A program made the position numbers and the translations under genes. 64,000 nt of DNA from a virus. The notes beneath the pieces were generated by a model. The model did no database searches and had not been told where the DNA came from. It was given only the letters and a program-made list of their open reading frames with translations. Of this stretch, positions 1 through 10,261 are shown one piece after another (the first letter of the stretch is position 1; each line of letters opens with the position of its first letter). The stretch lies in IMG/VR virus record IMGVR_UViG_3300032053_000016, positions 32,001 through 96,000 of that record. One strand, 5' to 3'.

Positions 1-667
1 ACGAATTTGGGCAGTTGAGGTAACCAAACGGGCCAAACAGGATCGGATCGAACATCTCCAGCATGGTTGGCGCGTTGCCACCCTTGCCGTACCCGTTGAA
101 CGTGTTGTAACGCTGCGAGGCTATGAACTCGAACTGCCCGCTCGTCGGGTTGAGGTAGTACATCGACGACGAGTTGGGCGACAGCACCGACTCCTGCGTC
201 AACGGGACGGTGATGCGGATGATGGTCTTGCCAGCCAACCCCGACGAGAAGCGATCAGACGCGATCGCGTACGCGGCCCCCGTCATGAACTTCGAGTTGA
301 GAACAGGACGTTCATCCTGCTCGTACAGCTTGTCCTCAACGAACGGGCCTAACGTCTCAACCTGCTCACGATGCGTCAGCCACTGATCGACGTTCTCTGG
401 CCGCGTGTTGCCGATCACGACGAAGCTACTGGTGAGGTCGTAGGCGGTGTGGATCGACCCCGTGGGCAAGGTCGTCGGCAGGCTCATGTTCACGTTGTCT
501 TGAAAGATCACGGTTCGCGTGTCGTCGAAGTAGTACTTGTTGCGTCCTGTACGCGTCCTGTCGCCTGTTCGCGCCTTCGTCGGGTAGGCGCCCGACCTCT
601 GATCGCGCGCGCGCAGCTCCACCCTCGGCGGCGTGAATCGCATCGACGACGTGAAGGGAGCGAACAT
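1..667 (-). CDS. Probable virion structural protein, N-terminal part (runs off the window; MFAPFTSSMRFTPPRVELRARDQRSGAYPTK...)
   Basis: Translated by hand. ATG at 667 overlaps the TGA of the upstream gene, and the frame stays open to position 1. Not in the ORF track because it is truncated. Lies in the structural module. Confidence 0.6.
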   Translation of the reverse strand, partial: MFAPFTSSMRFTPPRVELRARDQRSGAYPTKARTGDRTRTGRNKYYFDDTRTVIFQDNVNMSLPTTLPTGSIHTAYDLTSSFVVIGNTRPENVDQWLTHREQVETLGPFVEDKLYEQDERPVLNSKFMTGAAYAIASDRFSSGLAGKTIIRITVPLTQESVLSPNSSSMYYLNPTSGQFEFIASQRYNTFNGYGKGGNAPTMLEMFDPILFGPFGYLNCPNS

Positions 668-1131
668 CAGTAGTCGAACCCCGAGGAGCCAAGCTGCGAG
701 TAGCCGATCGGCACCATGTTCTCCGTCCCCGGGGTCATGCCTGTCAACGCGGTGATCATGTCACTCTCCATGCTAGAAGACGTCATGACGCCTTTGGGGG
801 CGTAACCCTCAACGAACGGGCCTTGACGTCGATCGTCGTCGCTGATGCTGTCGACCACAACCTTGACGTCCCCGAAGTGATCGGAGTTGTCGCGCATGGG
901 GAAGCCACCAACACGCTTGTCGGAGTCCTTCACGATCTGCACGAACACGTCTGACCCGCGGCGTTCGGCAACGTTCCCCTCGCCTAACGCCGCCCACAGC
1001 TTGTGAATGATGTCTTTTGGGTGAACGCGCTTTGTCGCCAGATCGCGAACAGCGAGTGGTTCGACGGATCCATCTCTAGACGCCCCATCCTCAAGCAGCT
1101 CAGCGTTGATTTCTTCGATAGGTTGTCGCAT
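667..1131 (-). CDS. Hypothetical virion-associated protein (possibly the C-terminal half of a split gene)
   Basis: 154-aa ORF coupled to the next gene by TGATG; structural context. Confidence 0.55.
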   Translation of the reverse strand: MRQPIEEINAELLEDGASRDGSVEPLAVRDLATKRVHPKDIIHKLWAALGEGNVAERRGSDVFVQIVKDSDKRVGGFPMRDNSDHFGDVKVVVDSISDDDRRQGPFVEGYAPKGVMTSSSMESDMITALTGMTPGTENMVPIGYSQLGSSGFDY

Positions 1132-1199
1132 CGTGTCTTGACTCTACACTAAGAACAAATCAAGTGCGATTTCGACCAGATCATGGATTCGACTAAATG

Positions 1200-1478
1200 T
1201 TACGGCACTGGGCCGTAGTACGAATCTCGGTAGCGGCGCAGCGTGCGAACGTCGCGTAGAGAGATCGGACGGTCGAACGCGAAGACCTCCGCGAGCCGGC
1301 GCACGGCGTACGCGGCAGTGCCACCGTAGGTGCCGATGGCGACGGCCGCGCCGCCAAGCGTGTTCGCACCGCCGACCGCCGTGAGGTCTCTTCCGCCGCT
1401 CGTGTCGTCGATGTCGGGCGTGATCGACGAGACGATGGGGCCGGTCGGAGCCTTCCTGAATCCGAGGAGGAAACTCAT
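1200..1478 (-). CDS. Short, internally deleted IPT/LamG-like protein or remnant
   Basis: ATG at 1478 overlaps the upstream stop. PIVSSITPDIDDTSGG resembles an IPT start and RDLTAVGG resembles RGDLTVAGG of the upstream gene. Confidence 0.4.
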   Translation of the reverse strand: MSFLLGFRKAPTGPIVSSITPDIDDTSGGRDLTAVGGANTLGGAAVAIGTYGGTAAYAVRRLAEVFAFDRPISLRDVRTLRRYRDSYYGPVP

Positions 1479-2704
1479 GGGTGTCTCGCTGCCGCCCACT
1501 TGTAGAACTTGGCAACGTCCACGTCGGACCAGTTCGACGCGACGGTCACCACAGACAGCATCTTGCCGTCAAACTTGTACAACCCCCCGGCGTATGGGTT
1601 CTGCCCGAGGTAGACGCCTCCGCCGGCGACCGTGAGGTCTCCACGCGCAACGGAAGAACCCTGCACGCCATTTACTTGCATGTACGCAAGGGAGTTGGCT
1701 CCGTTTGGAATTTTGCGACCCACCAACACGTTGCGTCCAATGGCCACCTTTTGAGGCGATACGGCGCTGGCGAAGGAGCCGTCGTAGAACGACATATACG
1801 CTGTTCCGATGTCGTCGATGAGCACTCCCGTGTAAGCACCCGTGCCGTTCCAGTCAGACCAGAGGTAGGAGTAGTTGCCTGCCGTCGGTAGTGACGTGAG
1901 GTCAATCACTAGCGCGAAAGTACACCCGGCCGTGTGGGACGTTGAGCCGATGAACGTGACTGTCTGCGTGGAGGTGGACAAGAAGTCGTTGTTGACCTTC
2001 TTGAAATCGGGCGTTCCTGTCGGGTTGTTGTCCGGGTAGTTCGTGGCCTCCGTGAAGGTGGGGCCGACCCTGGCCGTCCAGGTGCCGGGAGCGTAGTCAG
2101 GAGACTCAAGGAAACTCGTCGCGGACGCAGGAACGGTCGGATCCCAATACTCAAAGAGCGTGTTCGCCGCGTTGGTTCCGCCGGGCGTCGTCACAAGGAT
2201 GGACTGCGATGCACCCGCGGCGTGTGCCGGCATGACGATGAGCAGCTCGGTCGCGCTGATGACTGAGAATGAGACGACAGCCGTACCGTCGACCGTCACG
2301 CTCGTGGTGCCTGTGAAGTTCGTGCCGGTGAGCGTGCGCAGCTCGCCGCCTTGTGTGTCCCCGAGATCAAGGTCGATCGCCGACACTGTGGGTGCGCTGA
2401 CCTCAAAAAGTCCATCCTCGAAACGTGTGAGTGGATCAAGTCTGATCCCCTCAAGAAAGGAGTTCTCATCGCGGTGTGACGGGCGATCTTGCCCAAGCAC
2501 GAACTGCGGCACCTCATGGTTGCCTGATTGCCCGTTGTAACCGCTGTGGATCTTGACGATCCCGTTGGCGTAATGGACTGTTCTGGTGAGCTCCACACCC
2601 TGACGGAACGCGTCGACCGGCGACGTGTCTGTGCTTGAGTTTGTGGAAGATCTGCGCCGATCTTTCTCCTGCGAATCGTCAAACGGTTTGATAGATCGCG
2701 CCAT
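1475..2704 (-). CDS. Virion protein with an IPT/TIG (Ig-like) domain and a C-terminal LamG/ConA-like domain
   Basis: APTVSAI...GG...TLTGTNFTGTTSVTVDG...PAHAAG...VTTPGG is a typical IPT/TIG pattern. The beta-rich C-terminus ends YLG...FDGKM, LamG-like. Confidence 0.65.
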   Translation of the reverse strand: MARSIKPFDDSQEKDRRRSSTNSSTDTSPVDAFRQGVELTRTVHYANGIVKIHSGYNGQSGNHEVPQFVLGQDRPSHRDENSFLEGIRLDPLTRFEDGLFEVSAPTVSAIDLDLGDTQGGELRTLTGTNFTGTTSVTVDGTAVVSFSVISATELLIVMPAHAAGASQSILVTTPGGTNAANTLFEYWDPTVPASATSFLESPDYAPGTWTARVGPTFTEATNYPDNNPTGTPDFKKVNNDFLSTSTQTVTFIGSTSHTAGCTFALVIDLTSLPTAGNYSYLWSDWNGTGAYTGVLIDDIGTAYMSFYDGSFASAVSPQKVAIGRNVLVGRKIPNGANSLAYMQVNGVQGSSVARGDLTVAGGGVYLGQNPYAGGLYKFDGKMLSVVTVASNWSDVDVAKFYKWAAARHP

Positions 2705-3390
2705 CAATCATACTTTCTTTGTTTGGCTGCTTCGCTGAGTCGACGCCGATGTTCGTCAGAGAATTTGTGAGTTTTCATCTTCTGAATTGCTGCGTCAGTA
2801 TGTTTACGACCCAAACCCGCTTTGCTGACATTCAGTTTATGTTCTTCAGAAAGCGTTCGACCAGTGAGAGTCTCTCTTATCTGTTGTTTGATTTCTTTGC
2901 CACGTTCTGTTGAGTAGAGTTCGTGTTTAACTTTCGACATGTTGAGACGAACTTGTTCAGAATGGTGTTTTCCAAACATCGAATGTTTTTCACCGGTTCG
3001 CTGTGATGCAATATTTGACAACTTTTGTCGTGTAACGCATGAGAGCACCTTTCCTGTGTGTGCTTCACTCATCTTATGGCGCGCTTCCAAAGTATGAACG
3101 TATCCACTGATCCCTTCACCGCCGGCAGTTTTGTTAGCACCCCAACGATATTGCGTGCTTCTACAAAACGTGCCATGCTCGAGGATCCCAAGGATCTCTT
3201 GCATAAACGCATATGATTCGTCCTTTGTGGCAAAGATAACCTCACGACGGAACCCATATTTGGCAACAATGCGACGCCAATGATCGTTGTCGCGTTCCTG
3301 ATCTTGAACGCGAACCAGTTGGCCTTTGCCGACGTAGAAGGCTCGAGGCATATCTTCAAGTGTCCAATCAATGTAAACGAAGAAAATCAT
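2704..3390 (-). mobile_element. Free-standing GIY-YIG homing endonuclease with NUMOD3 repeats
   Basis: FVYID...FYVGKG, N.TAGGEG, and repeated HT.E.R.KMS / MFGKHHSE motifs. Confidence 0.8.
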
Positions 3391-6300
3391 CAGAATTTTC
3401 GTAGCACGCCAGCAACTTGCTGCAAAAGGATGCGATCTTGGATGCGCGGCTTGTCAGATTCCCTCAAGTACATGTCGTAGTGGAAGTACTGCTTCTTGTG
3501 ACGTTCCAGCATGTGAGACTCGATGACGAAGTTCGTGCCGTAGTAGACGGTCTTGCGAGGAACAAGGTGCTCGACGAAGTACGCCACGCTCGAGTCGAAC
3601 CAACGGTAGAAGTCGAAGAACGCGCGGAAGTTCATCTTGCCGGTGAGTCGGTTGAAGTACACCTCTTTGAGATGCTCAAGGTTGGGGTAGTTTGACGAGA
3701 AGTCGTTCTCCGGAGCACCGAGCGCTGTATCGAGCTCGTCGAGCGTCGCGAACATCGTGATCATGTCGCGGTTGAGCGCGTCCACCAGCGAGAACTCGAT
3801 GGAGAGCCTAGGGTCGTCCTGCGGCTCCTCGTTCTTGGGGACCTCGTAGACAGGGGTCGACGACGCCCACGGGGTGCGTTTCACCTTCTCAACGTCGTCG
3901 TAGCTGCGAACACGCACCTTCTCGGACGTGACCGCCTCGTCGATGTTTGGCGAGATGTAGCTGTACCCATGCACGACAGGCGTCACCACGCGTGTGGATG
4001 TCGGGAACCCTGTGCCGACGCAGTGAAGCGAGTTCTGCGAGTAGTCGAACAACGAGATGTTGCCAGATCCGTCTGCGTTGACCGTCTGCTGCTGCATCGT
4101 GACGTCGTACCTCAGGCGTTCCCACGCGCCCGTCAGGTGCGAGCTGAAGTTGTAGTTGACGTGTGGGTTCTTCACGCCAGCGGACGTTGGGTTGCGTGCG
4201 TGTTCGCGCCACTCAGCAGGTTCAAGCGCCTTTGACCAGAAGCGGAGGTACGCCACTTGGCCGTCGAAGCGCGTCTCACGCACGTCGTCTGTCGCCAACG
4301 GTTGAAGGTAAGAGGATCCAGCCGTGTCCACCGACGACGATCCGATGCGCACGTAAGCGCCGCTGTAGTTCGTCAGCGTGATGTTCTCCCAAATGCTGAA
4401 CTCGCCGACGACGTACTCCATGAACGTCGTCGATGCCGTGACCTCCTGTATCACGTCGCCGAAGTTCTGCTTGACAGCGTTGATGAAGTACGACGATGAC
4501 ACCGAGTTTGATCCTGTGAGATCGGAGCGAACCCTGCCGAACGAGATGTACCACGGGTCGCCGTCGAAGACGTCAACGCTCGCTGTGAGCGCGAGCAGCG
4601 GAGAGTTGGCGAGCGTCGCGCCGTTGCCGGGCCTAGCGTACAACACGAGCTTCGGGTTGCTGCCAGACACCGCGAGCAGGTTGAGCACCAGGTTCTCGGT
4701 TGCCGTGCCGGTCACGTACATGCGAGCGATGCTCTGCGTGTTTGGCTTGGGTCCTGTTCGCGTGGCAGGCCAACGGTACAAGCCTTCGTGCGTCCACGAT
4801 CCTGAGGTCCAGAGGCCATCGCTAACGCCATTGGACACGCCGTGAGGTGGGTGTGATGCTTGTTGAACGAATGTGCCGCTCACGGTCGGCTGGCCAACCT
4901 CCACACGAGACCCACTGAGGTGTGGAGACACGATCGCGGATCCGCTCGCGAACCCAAGGAACAGCATCGGGCTCATGTGTTTCTCACGGGCAGACGACAG
5001 GTCTCGACGTGTTGGGCCGCCACGCTCCTTGATCTTGAAGGAGTTGTTGGGATCGATGCCGATGGAGCGAAAGAACGTCTCGATGCTGTGTAGTGTGCCT
5101 TTAGATCGGACGATCTCGCCCATGTTGGTGAGCACGCGTCTCATGATCTGGTTCTGCACGCTGTACAGCGATGTTTCGTTGAACGAGTACGAAGCCTCGA
5201 CATCGTCGCCGTCCTTGTACTGCGCGAACGCGCTGTCTGAGAACAGGTTTGGCATCTTGATGCCGAACTCACGCAGAGCGAGCGGCAAGAAAACGTCGGG
5301 TGACGTGTCGAACTCGTCGTAGTCCACGTAGTGCAGCTTCGCGAACGAGTCAACGAACAGCTTCAGCTCGTCGAAATATTTCGCCCACGTGTAGAGCAAC
5401 GCCAGCAGCAACTGCGTTGAACCAAGCACGCCAGATCCTGGGATGGAGTTGCCTTCGTACGATTCGCCAACGGATCCTTCTTCGCTCGTTAACCCTTGGT
5501 AGTCTTGACCGTCTGTGAGGTAATGCTTTGGGACGAGGCGTGTGATGAGGTTGGGGTTGTCCTGATCGTACAAGCTCGCGCTCATAAGCAGGTCAACGTT
5601 GAGCGTCTGGACGTCGGCAAATCCTGGGAAGATCACTGGGTTGAGATCGGCACGTTCGTTCGCGACAGGCGCGGCGATGCTCCCCGTTGAGCGAAGCGCG
5701 AAATCAAACCCCACGATGTACGAATGGAGGCCGTTCCCCGAGCTGTCTAGCACGATCGTGTTTGTGCTTGACGTCACGTCATCGCTCAACGAGCCGGTTG
5801 GTTCGTTGAACTTGTAGTACAAAGCCAGGCCATCTTGCGCAAAGATGTTACGTGAACGATGCTTTGCGATCTGCTCTGCGTGTCGTGCAAGCGTGAACAC
5901 GCGTAGTTCATCAAGAGAACCACTAAGCGTCTTGTCTGGGGTGATCGTCGTCGCTCCAAGTGTGAAATCTGATCCAGATCCGATGAGCAGCGACGCGTTG
6001 TTTGTCAAAACGCTGTCGAAGACGTAACTGTTTGAAGACACGTTCGACAGGTCACCGTTCACAAACAGTTTGAGTGTCGCGGAATCCTCACGATCGTACA
6101 CACCGGCGATGTGAACGAAAGTGCCACGATCCACGCTGGCTGAAGCCACAAGGCAGTGTGAACCCGAGAACATGCTCCAGGCAACCTCGGCGACCGACGC
6201 AGACGAACCGCTCTTGATGTAAGCGCAGAACCCGACGTTTCCAACAACATGCTTCTTTTGAAGGATGACCTGCGAACCAGCCTCTTCCGGCGGCATGTAG

Positions 6301-6803
6301 AGGTAGAACTCAACTGTGTAAGGGCTGTTTTTTGGATCGAGAACGGTGTCACCGCTCTTGTTTTTGGAGAGATCGGGGATCGTGCTGCCTTGGTGATCGG
6401 TCACAGAGAGGTACGATTGCGAGAAGTTCAAGTACCCAACGTTGCGTGGGAACTGATCGATCACCCACTTCTCAAACCCTGTGAGAACGTCGAAGAACTT
6501 CTCTAGCTCCTTCTTTGAGCCGTCGAACGGGTAACCGTTGATGATGCGATCGAACGAGACGTTGACCTTGGCTTGCGCCGAGTTGAAGAAGGTGTGGTTC
6601 TCAAACTTCGACCAATCAACCTTCAGCTGTTGCGTTGATTTGAGCCCAGACTCGTAAGGATCGTAGGCGAACGACGCCGAAGACAGGTAGTTGCTGTCGA
6701 TGTTGTCAGAACCCTTGAACGTGACTGTGCGCGAGGATCCACGCCCAACGTCGGCGAGGTCAGCTACACTGAAACGTGTGGGGGTGTTGGGTCGTCGAAA
6801 CAT
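3390..6803 (-). CDS. Large virion/baseplate protein with LamG/ConA-like domains
   Basis: 1137 aa. Contains YTVEFY, HIAGVYD...LKLFVNG, LSGSLDELRVF, LYYKFNE and a second LamG-like unit (FDGQVAYLRFW). Next to baseplate genes. Confidence 0.7.
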   Translation of the reverse strand: MFRRPNTPTRFSVADLADVGRGSSRTVTFKGSDNIDSNYLSSASFAYDPYESGLKSTQQLKVDWSKFENHTFFNSAQAKVNVSFDRIINGYPFDGSKKELEKFFDVLTGFEKWVIDQFPRNVGYLNFSQSYLSVTDHQGSTIPDLSKNKSGDTVLDPKNSPYTVEFYLYMPPEEAGSQVILQKKHVVGNVGFCAYIKSGSSASVAEVAWSMFSGSHCLVASASVDRGTFVHIAGVYDREDSATLKLFVNGDLSNVSSNSYVFDSVLTNNASLLIGSGSDFTLGATTITPDKTLSGSLDELRVFTLARHAEQIAKHRSRNIFAQDGLALYYKFNEPTGSLSDDVTSSTNTIVLDSSGNGLHSYIVGFDFALRSTGSIAAPVANERADLNPVIFPGFADVQTLNVDLLMSASLYDQDNPNLITRLVPKHYLTDGQDYQGLTSEEGSVGESYEGNSIPGSGVLGSTQLLLALLYTWAKYFDELKLFVDSFAKLHYVDYDEFDTSPDVFLPLALREFGIKMPNLFSDSAFAQYKDGDDVEASYSFNETSLYSVQNQIMRRVLTNMGEIVRSKGTLHSIETFFRSIGIDPNNSFKIKERGGPTRRDLSSAREKHMSPMLFLGFASGSAIVSPHLSGSRVEVGQPTVSGTFVQQASHPPHGVSNGVSDGLWTSGSWTHEGLYRWPATRTGPKPNTQSIARMYVTGTATENLVLNLLAVSGSNPKLVLYARPGNGATLANSPLLALTASVDVFDGDPWYISFGRVRSDLTGSNSVSSSYFINAVKQNFGDVIQEVTASTTFMEYVVGEFSIWENITLTNYSGAYVRIGSSSVDTAGSSYLQPLATDDVRETRFDGQVAYLRFWSKALEPAEWREHARNPTSAGVKNPHVNYNFSSHLTGAWERLRYDVTMQQQTVNADGSGNISLFDYSQNSLHCVGTGFPTSTRVVTPVVHGYSYISPNIDEAVTSEKVRVRSYDDVEKVKRTPWASSTPVYEVPKNEEPQDDPRLSIEFSLVDALNRDMITMFATLDELDTALGAPENDFSSNYPNLEHLKEVYFNRLTGKMNFRAFFDFYRWFDSSVAYFVEHLVPRKTVYYGTNFVIESHMLERHKKQYFHYDMYLRESDKPRIQDRILLQQVAGVLRKF

Positions 6804-6834
6804 CTATGTCTCTGGTTAACGTAGGCTCTTTACA

Positions 6835-8403
6835 TCAAACGAGTGCCAAGCGGAACGCTGGCGACGCGTCGTAGAAGATCTCTTCTTGACCTCCGTCAAC
6901 GATCTTGACATCAAGCACGTAAGAACGTCCAGGAACAAGCGACTCCATCCAAACATCGAAGTGGAGGTAGTTGCTGTCTGAGCTCATCCTTGTGCAAGTT
7001 GTGTCGAACGGTATGATCACCTCGTCGCTGATCGAGTCACGAACGGAGTAGTACGCCTCCAGTATGAGGCTGGGTTCCTCTTGTGGAACGCGCACGTACG
7101 TGTACGCCGGGTTCAACCTGTCAAAAACGAAGCAACGGAACCGAATCTTGTCTGTTGGGGAGTACTCAACCGCTGTGTTCGGCACGTTCACTTGGTAGTG
7201 ACGCGAGCGGAATGGGCCAAGCGTTGTGTCTGGCAAGCGAACACACAGCGATCCGCTGTAGTACGCAACCGTGCCATCTAGAGAACCCCACTCCTGTTTG
7301 AATTTCACAAATTGGTTCGCGTGGTTGGTCCCGTTTGACGCGCTCAACGCTGCGTTGAGAATGAGGTCACGCAGGTTAGGTTCACTGGATTTCACCGTGA
7401 ACGTTGCGGAGTACAACCCGGGTGTGTAGACAGATCCAACAAGGAACTGCGAAGCGGTCACCGACTGCGAGTACTGCTGGTAACCCGTGGATGACGAGTA
7501 GTACGTCCACAACTTGAGCATCATGCAGTTCGTTCCCGTGATGGGCGTCAACGACGATCCAGAGACAACGTTGGTCGGTGTTCCTCGCGCGTACTTGCGC
7601 ATGAAGATTGTGCCTGGTTCATCGAAGTAGAACGCAGACTGGTGACTGACTTTTGAATCGTCGTAACGCACGATGAGCTGAGGGCGTTTGTTGTTGTCTA
7701 TCGCTTGACGCGAGGCAAAACGTTTGACGAAGCGGGTGCGTGTGTCACCCTCTTGCGATTCCGTGAAGGATACTCGGTACCCATAGTCGGGCATCTGCCC
7801 TGCGAGGGTCGCAGACACGATGCGTGTGACGTCTACTGAGAGATCTTCGGTTCCGTCCACAAAGCTTGCTGTTGAGAAGAGGTCAACAAGGCCGGATCCA
7901 AGGCTCCCACTTGAAATGATGTCGATGTTCGCAGACCCGAGCAAACCAGACGCGTTAGCACCCGAGGCGAACCAAACGCTAGGTCCACCTGCGGTCGTGT
8001 ACGAAGCGGTGAGGAAGTTGACGACGTCTTCGTCTTGATAGAACACGACGTCTCGACCGCGACCTTCGTCCCACGAACGAGAGAGCGGGTACACTTTGAT
8101 CGTGTAGTTGCGTGGCGTCGTCTGCCCACCGTACACGTCGTGAAGCCTTAGTGCGCAACTGAACGTGGGCGATGTGATGTCAAGCAAGCCAGCGACGTAA
8201 TCAGCTCGCAGACTGGTGAGATCGAAATGAACAAGCAATCGTGTGAGCTCGCACACGGCGTTGGAACCCGATTTGTTCAACCCGTACAACTTGTAAAGGT
8301 CAAGTGTTCCAGCCTCACCGGTGTTCGCGTTCGTCTTCGCTACACCTTTAATGATGCGATCAGTGATGTACGCATCCTTGTCTGCCTTGATCGCACGATA
8401 CAT
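6835..8403 (-). CDS. Probable virion structural protein
   Basis: 522 aa, beta-rich, TRLLVHFDL / PLSRSWDEG / RPQLIVRYDD motifs; coupled to the baseplate wedge gene. Confidence 0.6.
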   Translation of the reverse strand: MYRAIKADKDAYITDRIIKGVAKTNANTGEAGTLDLYKLYGLNKSGSNAVCELTRLLVHFDLTSLRADYVAGLLDITSPTFSCALRLHDVYGGQTTPRNYTIKVYPLSRSWDEGRGRDVVFYQDEDVVNFLTASYTTAGGPSVWFASGANASGLLGSANIDIISSGSLGSGLVDLFSTASFVDGTEDLSVDVTRIVSATLAGQMPDYGYRVSFTESQEGDTRTRFVKRFASRQAIDNNKRPQLIVRYDDSKVSHQSAFYFDEPGTIFMRKYARGTPTNVVSGSSLTPITGTNCMMLKLWTYYSSSTGYQQYSQSVTASQFLVGSVYTPGLYSATFTVKSSEPNLRDLILNAALSASNGTNHANQFVKFKQEWGSLDGTVAYYSGSLCVRLPDTTLGPFRSRHYQVNVPNTAVEYSPTDKIRFRCFVFDRLNPAYTYVRVPQEEPSLILEAYYSVRDSISDEVIIPFDTTCTRMSSDSNYLHFDVWMESLVPGRSYVLDVKIVDGGQEEIFYDASPAFRLALV

Positions 8404-10247
8404 CAGACTGCCTTTCCAAGGATATCGTCGTCAGGAAATTTCAGTTCGTAGATGCCTCCAGGAGGCGGAATGATCACACCACGATGCGTGAAGTTTTGGA
8501 GATCGTGGTAGATCTCGCTGTACTCACGACCGTCGACCAGGTTCGTGAGGTTCTCAAGTTTGACCGTGTTCACCGAGACAACTCCGTTCGTGTTGTAGAT
8601 GAGGTTGTCAATGTCAGACAGAACGATTGGCTGATCGATGTGGAAGTTGCTTGTCTTGAAGAACGTGCGAAGTTTGGTGTTCACCAGCTGCAACACCGTC
8701 TTCTTGTTCATGGCTAGATCCACGGTCACTTCGTACGTGACCTTGATGTTCACGATGCGTGCGTCAACGATGTCGATCGCATCCGAGATCAAACGGTAAC
8801 CGTTGAGGTAAGTGCGAAGGTTGTCCTTGAGCGCGTCGGTCGCGAAGTCAAGTCGATCGTCAGCATCCTTGCAGATGACGTAGAGCTGCGTTGAAAGCGG
8901 GTTGTTAGGGGTTGCACGCGCGGCAGACCGAAACACACGTCCGAAGTCAGACGGCATCGTGTACACGCGCGAGATCAAGTCAGGCTTGGTAACGATGCGC
9001 GACTGCGCGCTTCGAACGAGCGGCACAAGCTCCTTGAGCTCATCAGGCGTCGGAGCGTCTAAGCCACCGATGGCCTTCCTCCTGTTCCTAACGGTCACAG
9101 AGCCACGCACGGCCGCCGCGATCGCGGCTGACGGTGTGACTGGGAAACGTAGAACCAGCGAGCTGACCACGCGGATCGTGTTGGGTTCCACGTTGTGAGT
9201 GGAGCCGCCGCCGTAACGGTAGGACACCGTCGCGACAGTGTCTGTCCCACTGACGCCTAGCGTCTTGGTGTCCAGCAGCTTCTGCGGGTTGAGCGTCGTG
9301 CGTGCGAACGTTGTCTTCCCGTAGAGAGGAAGCGCGAACTGCGACGGATCGGGGACGGCGTCATCCTCAAGTGTGTCAGCCGAACCACCGCCGAAGACCA
9401 ACGTTGTTCCACGATCGTCAAGCGACACACGAGTCGTGTACCGGTAAGGAGCCGGCATCAGCTGCATAACCATTGGCACCTTGTTGACGTCGTATCCTGC
9501 GTTCGTGAACGCCTTGTAGATCATGTCCTCTGCAAGATTGTTGACGCCGTGGTAGATGTTTCCAAGCGTGTCAGTCACAGCTGCGATGGATGTCACGTTG
9601 GGGTTGCTGAGCGTGATCCGTCGAAACGGCACGAAACCGTTGAACGTGTAAGATTCGGCCGTTGAGAACCCAGATATCGCGAGGGCTTCGCCACGCAGGA
9701 TGAACGTGATCGGGACGCCGTTAGCGTCCGTCTCGCCAACCTGGTACTCGGTTGTCAGTGCGCCGTCCGAATCCACCTTGGTGTAGTCCACGTCTTGCAC
9801 GAGCTCGAAGTCAACGCCATTCTCAGCGGTGCAGACGGAGCCTGCCTCGAGCACAGGAAGTGCAGACGGCAACGGTCGAAGCACGCCATCGATGCTTGTT
9901 GCAGGTGTTTCAATGAACAGAGAGAGTGTGACGACCGCCGGCGAAGCGCCAACGATGTCGACGCCCGCGCGTCGCAGTTGTCGCTCGATGTTGTCTGTCT
10001 CAACAGACGTCTCGGGGTCAAGCTCGCTGAACTGGTGATCAAGGTAGAAAGAGAGCGAGTCACCGATGTACGCTGGCATGTCCATGAGCAGCCCGCCCAT
10101 GCTGGCTTCAGACAGGTCAACGATCTTGTCACCGTAGTACGAACGTGCGTACTCGACGAGATCCTGTCGGAACGCGTCGAACTCCTTGTTCAGGTAACGG
10201 CGTTGCCTAACAGACTTAATTGCTTCTCGTTTTGTATCGGTTGACAT
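8403..10247 (-). CDS. Baseplate wedge subunit (T4 gp6 / baseplate J-like)
   Basis: YLNKEFDAFRQDLVEYARSYY...DLSEASMGGLL...YIGDSLSFYLD N-terminus; GG.DAPT..ELK...AQSRIVTKPD core. Confidence 0.8.
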   Translation of the reverse strand: MSTDTKREAIKSVRQRRYLNKEFDAFRQDLVEYARSYYGDKIVDLSEASMGGLLMDMPAYIGDSLSFYLDHQFSELDPETSVETDNIERQLRRAGVDIVGASPAVVTLSLFIETPATSIDGVLRPLPSALPVLEAGSVCTAENGVDFELVQDVDYTKVDSDGALTTEYQVGETDANGVPITFILRGEALAISGFSTAESYTFNGFVPFRRITLSNPNVTSIAAVTDTLGNIYHGVNNLAEDMIYKAFTNAGYDVNKVPMVMQLMPAPYRYTTRVSLDDRGTTLVFGGGSADTLEDDAVPDPSQFALPLYGKTTFARTTLNPQKLLDTKTLGVSGTDTVATVSYRYGGGSTHNVEPNTIRVVSSLVLRFPVTPSAAIAAAVRGSVTVRNRRKAIGGLDAPTPDELKELVPLVRSAQSRIVTKPDLISRVYTMPSDFGRVFRSAARATPNNPLSTQLYVICKDADDRLDFATDALKDNLRTYLNGYRLISDAIDIVDARIVNIKVTYEVTVDLAMNKKTVLQLVNTKLRTFFKTSNFHIDQPIVLSDIDNLIYNTNGVVSVNTVKLENLTNLVDGREYSEIYHDLQNFTHRGVIIPPPGGIYELKFPDDDILGKAV

Positions 10248-10261
10248 CTAGTTCTTTCCCC

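Noticed and set aside
1200-2400. Diversity-generating retroelement TR/VR pair
   Set aside because: Similarity is short and not adenine-specific, and no reverse transcriptase is in the window.
2704-3390. Homing endonucleases as group I intron-encoded ORFs
   Set aside because: They abut complete neighbouring genes with no room for ribozyme structure.
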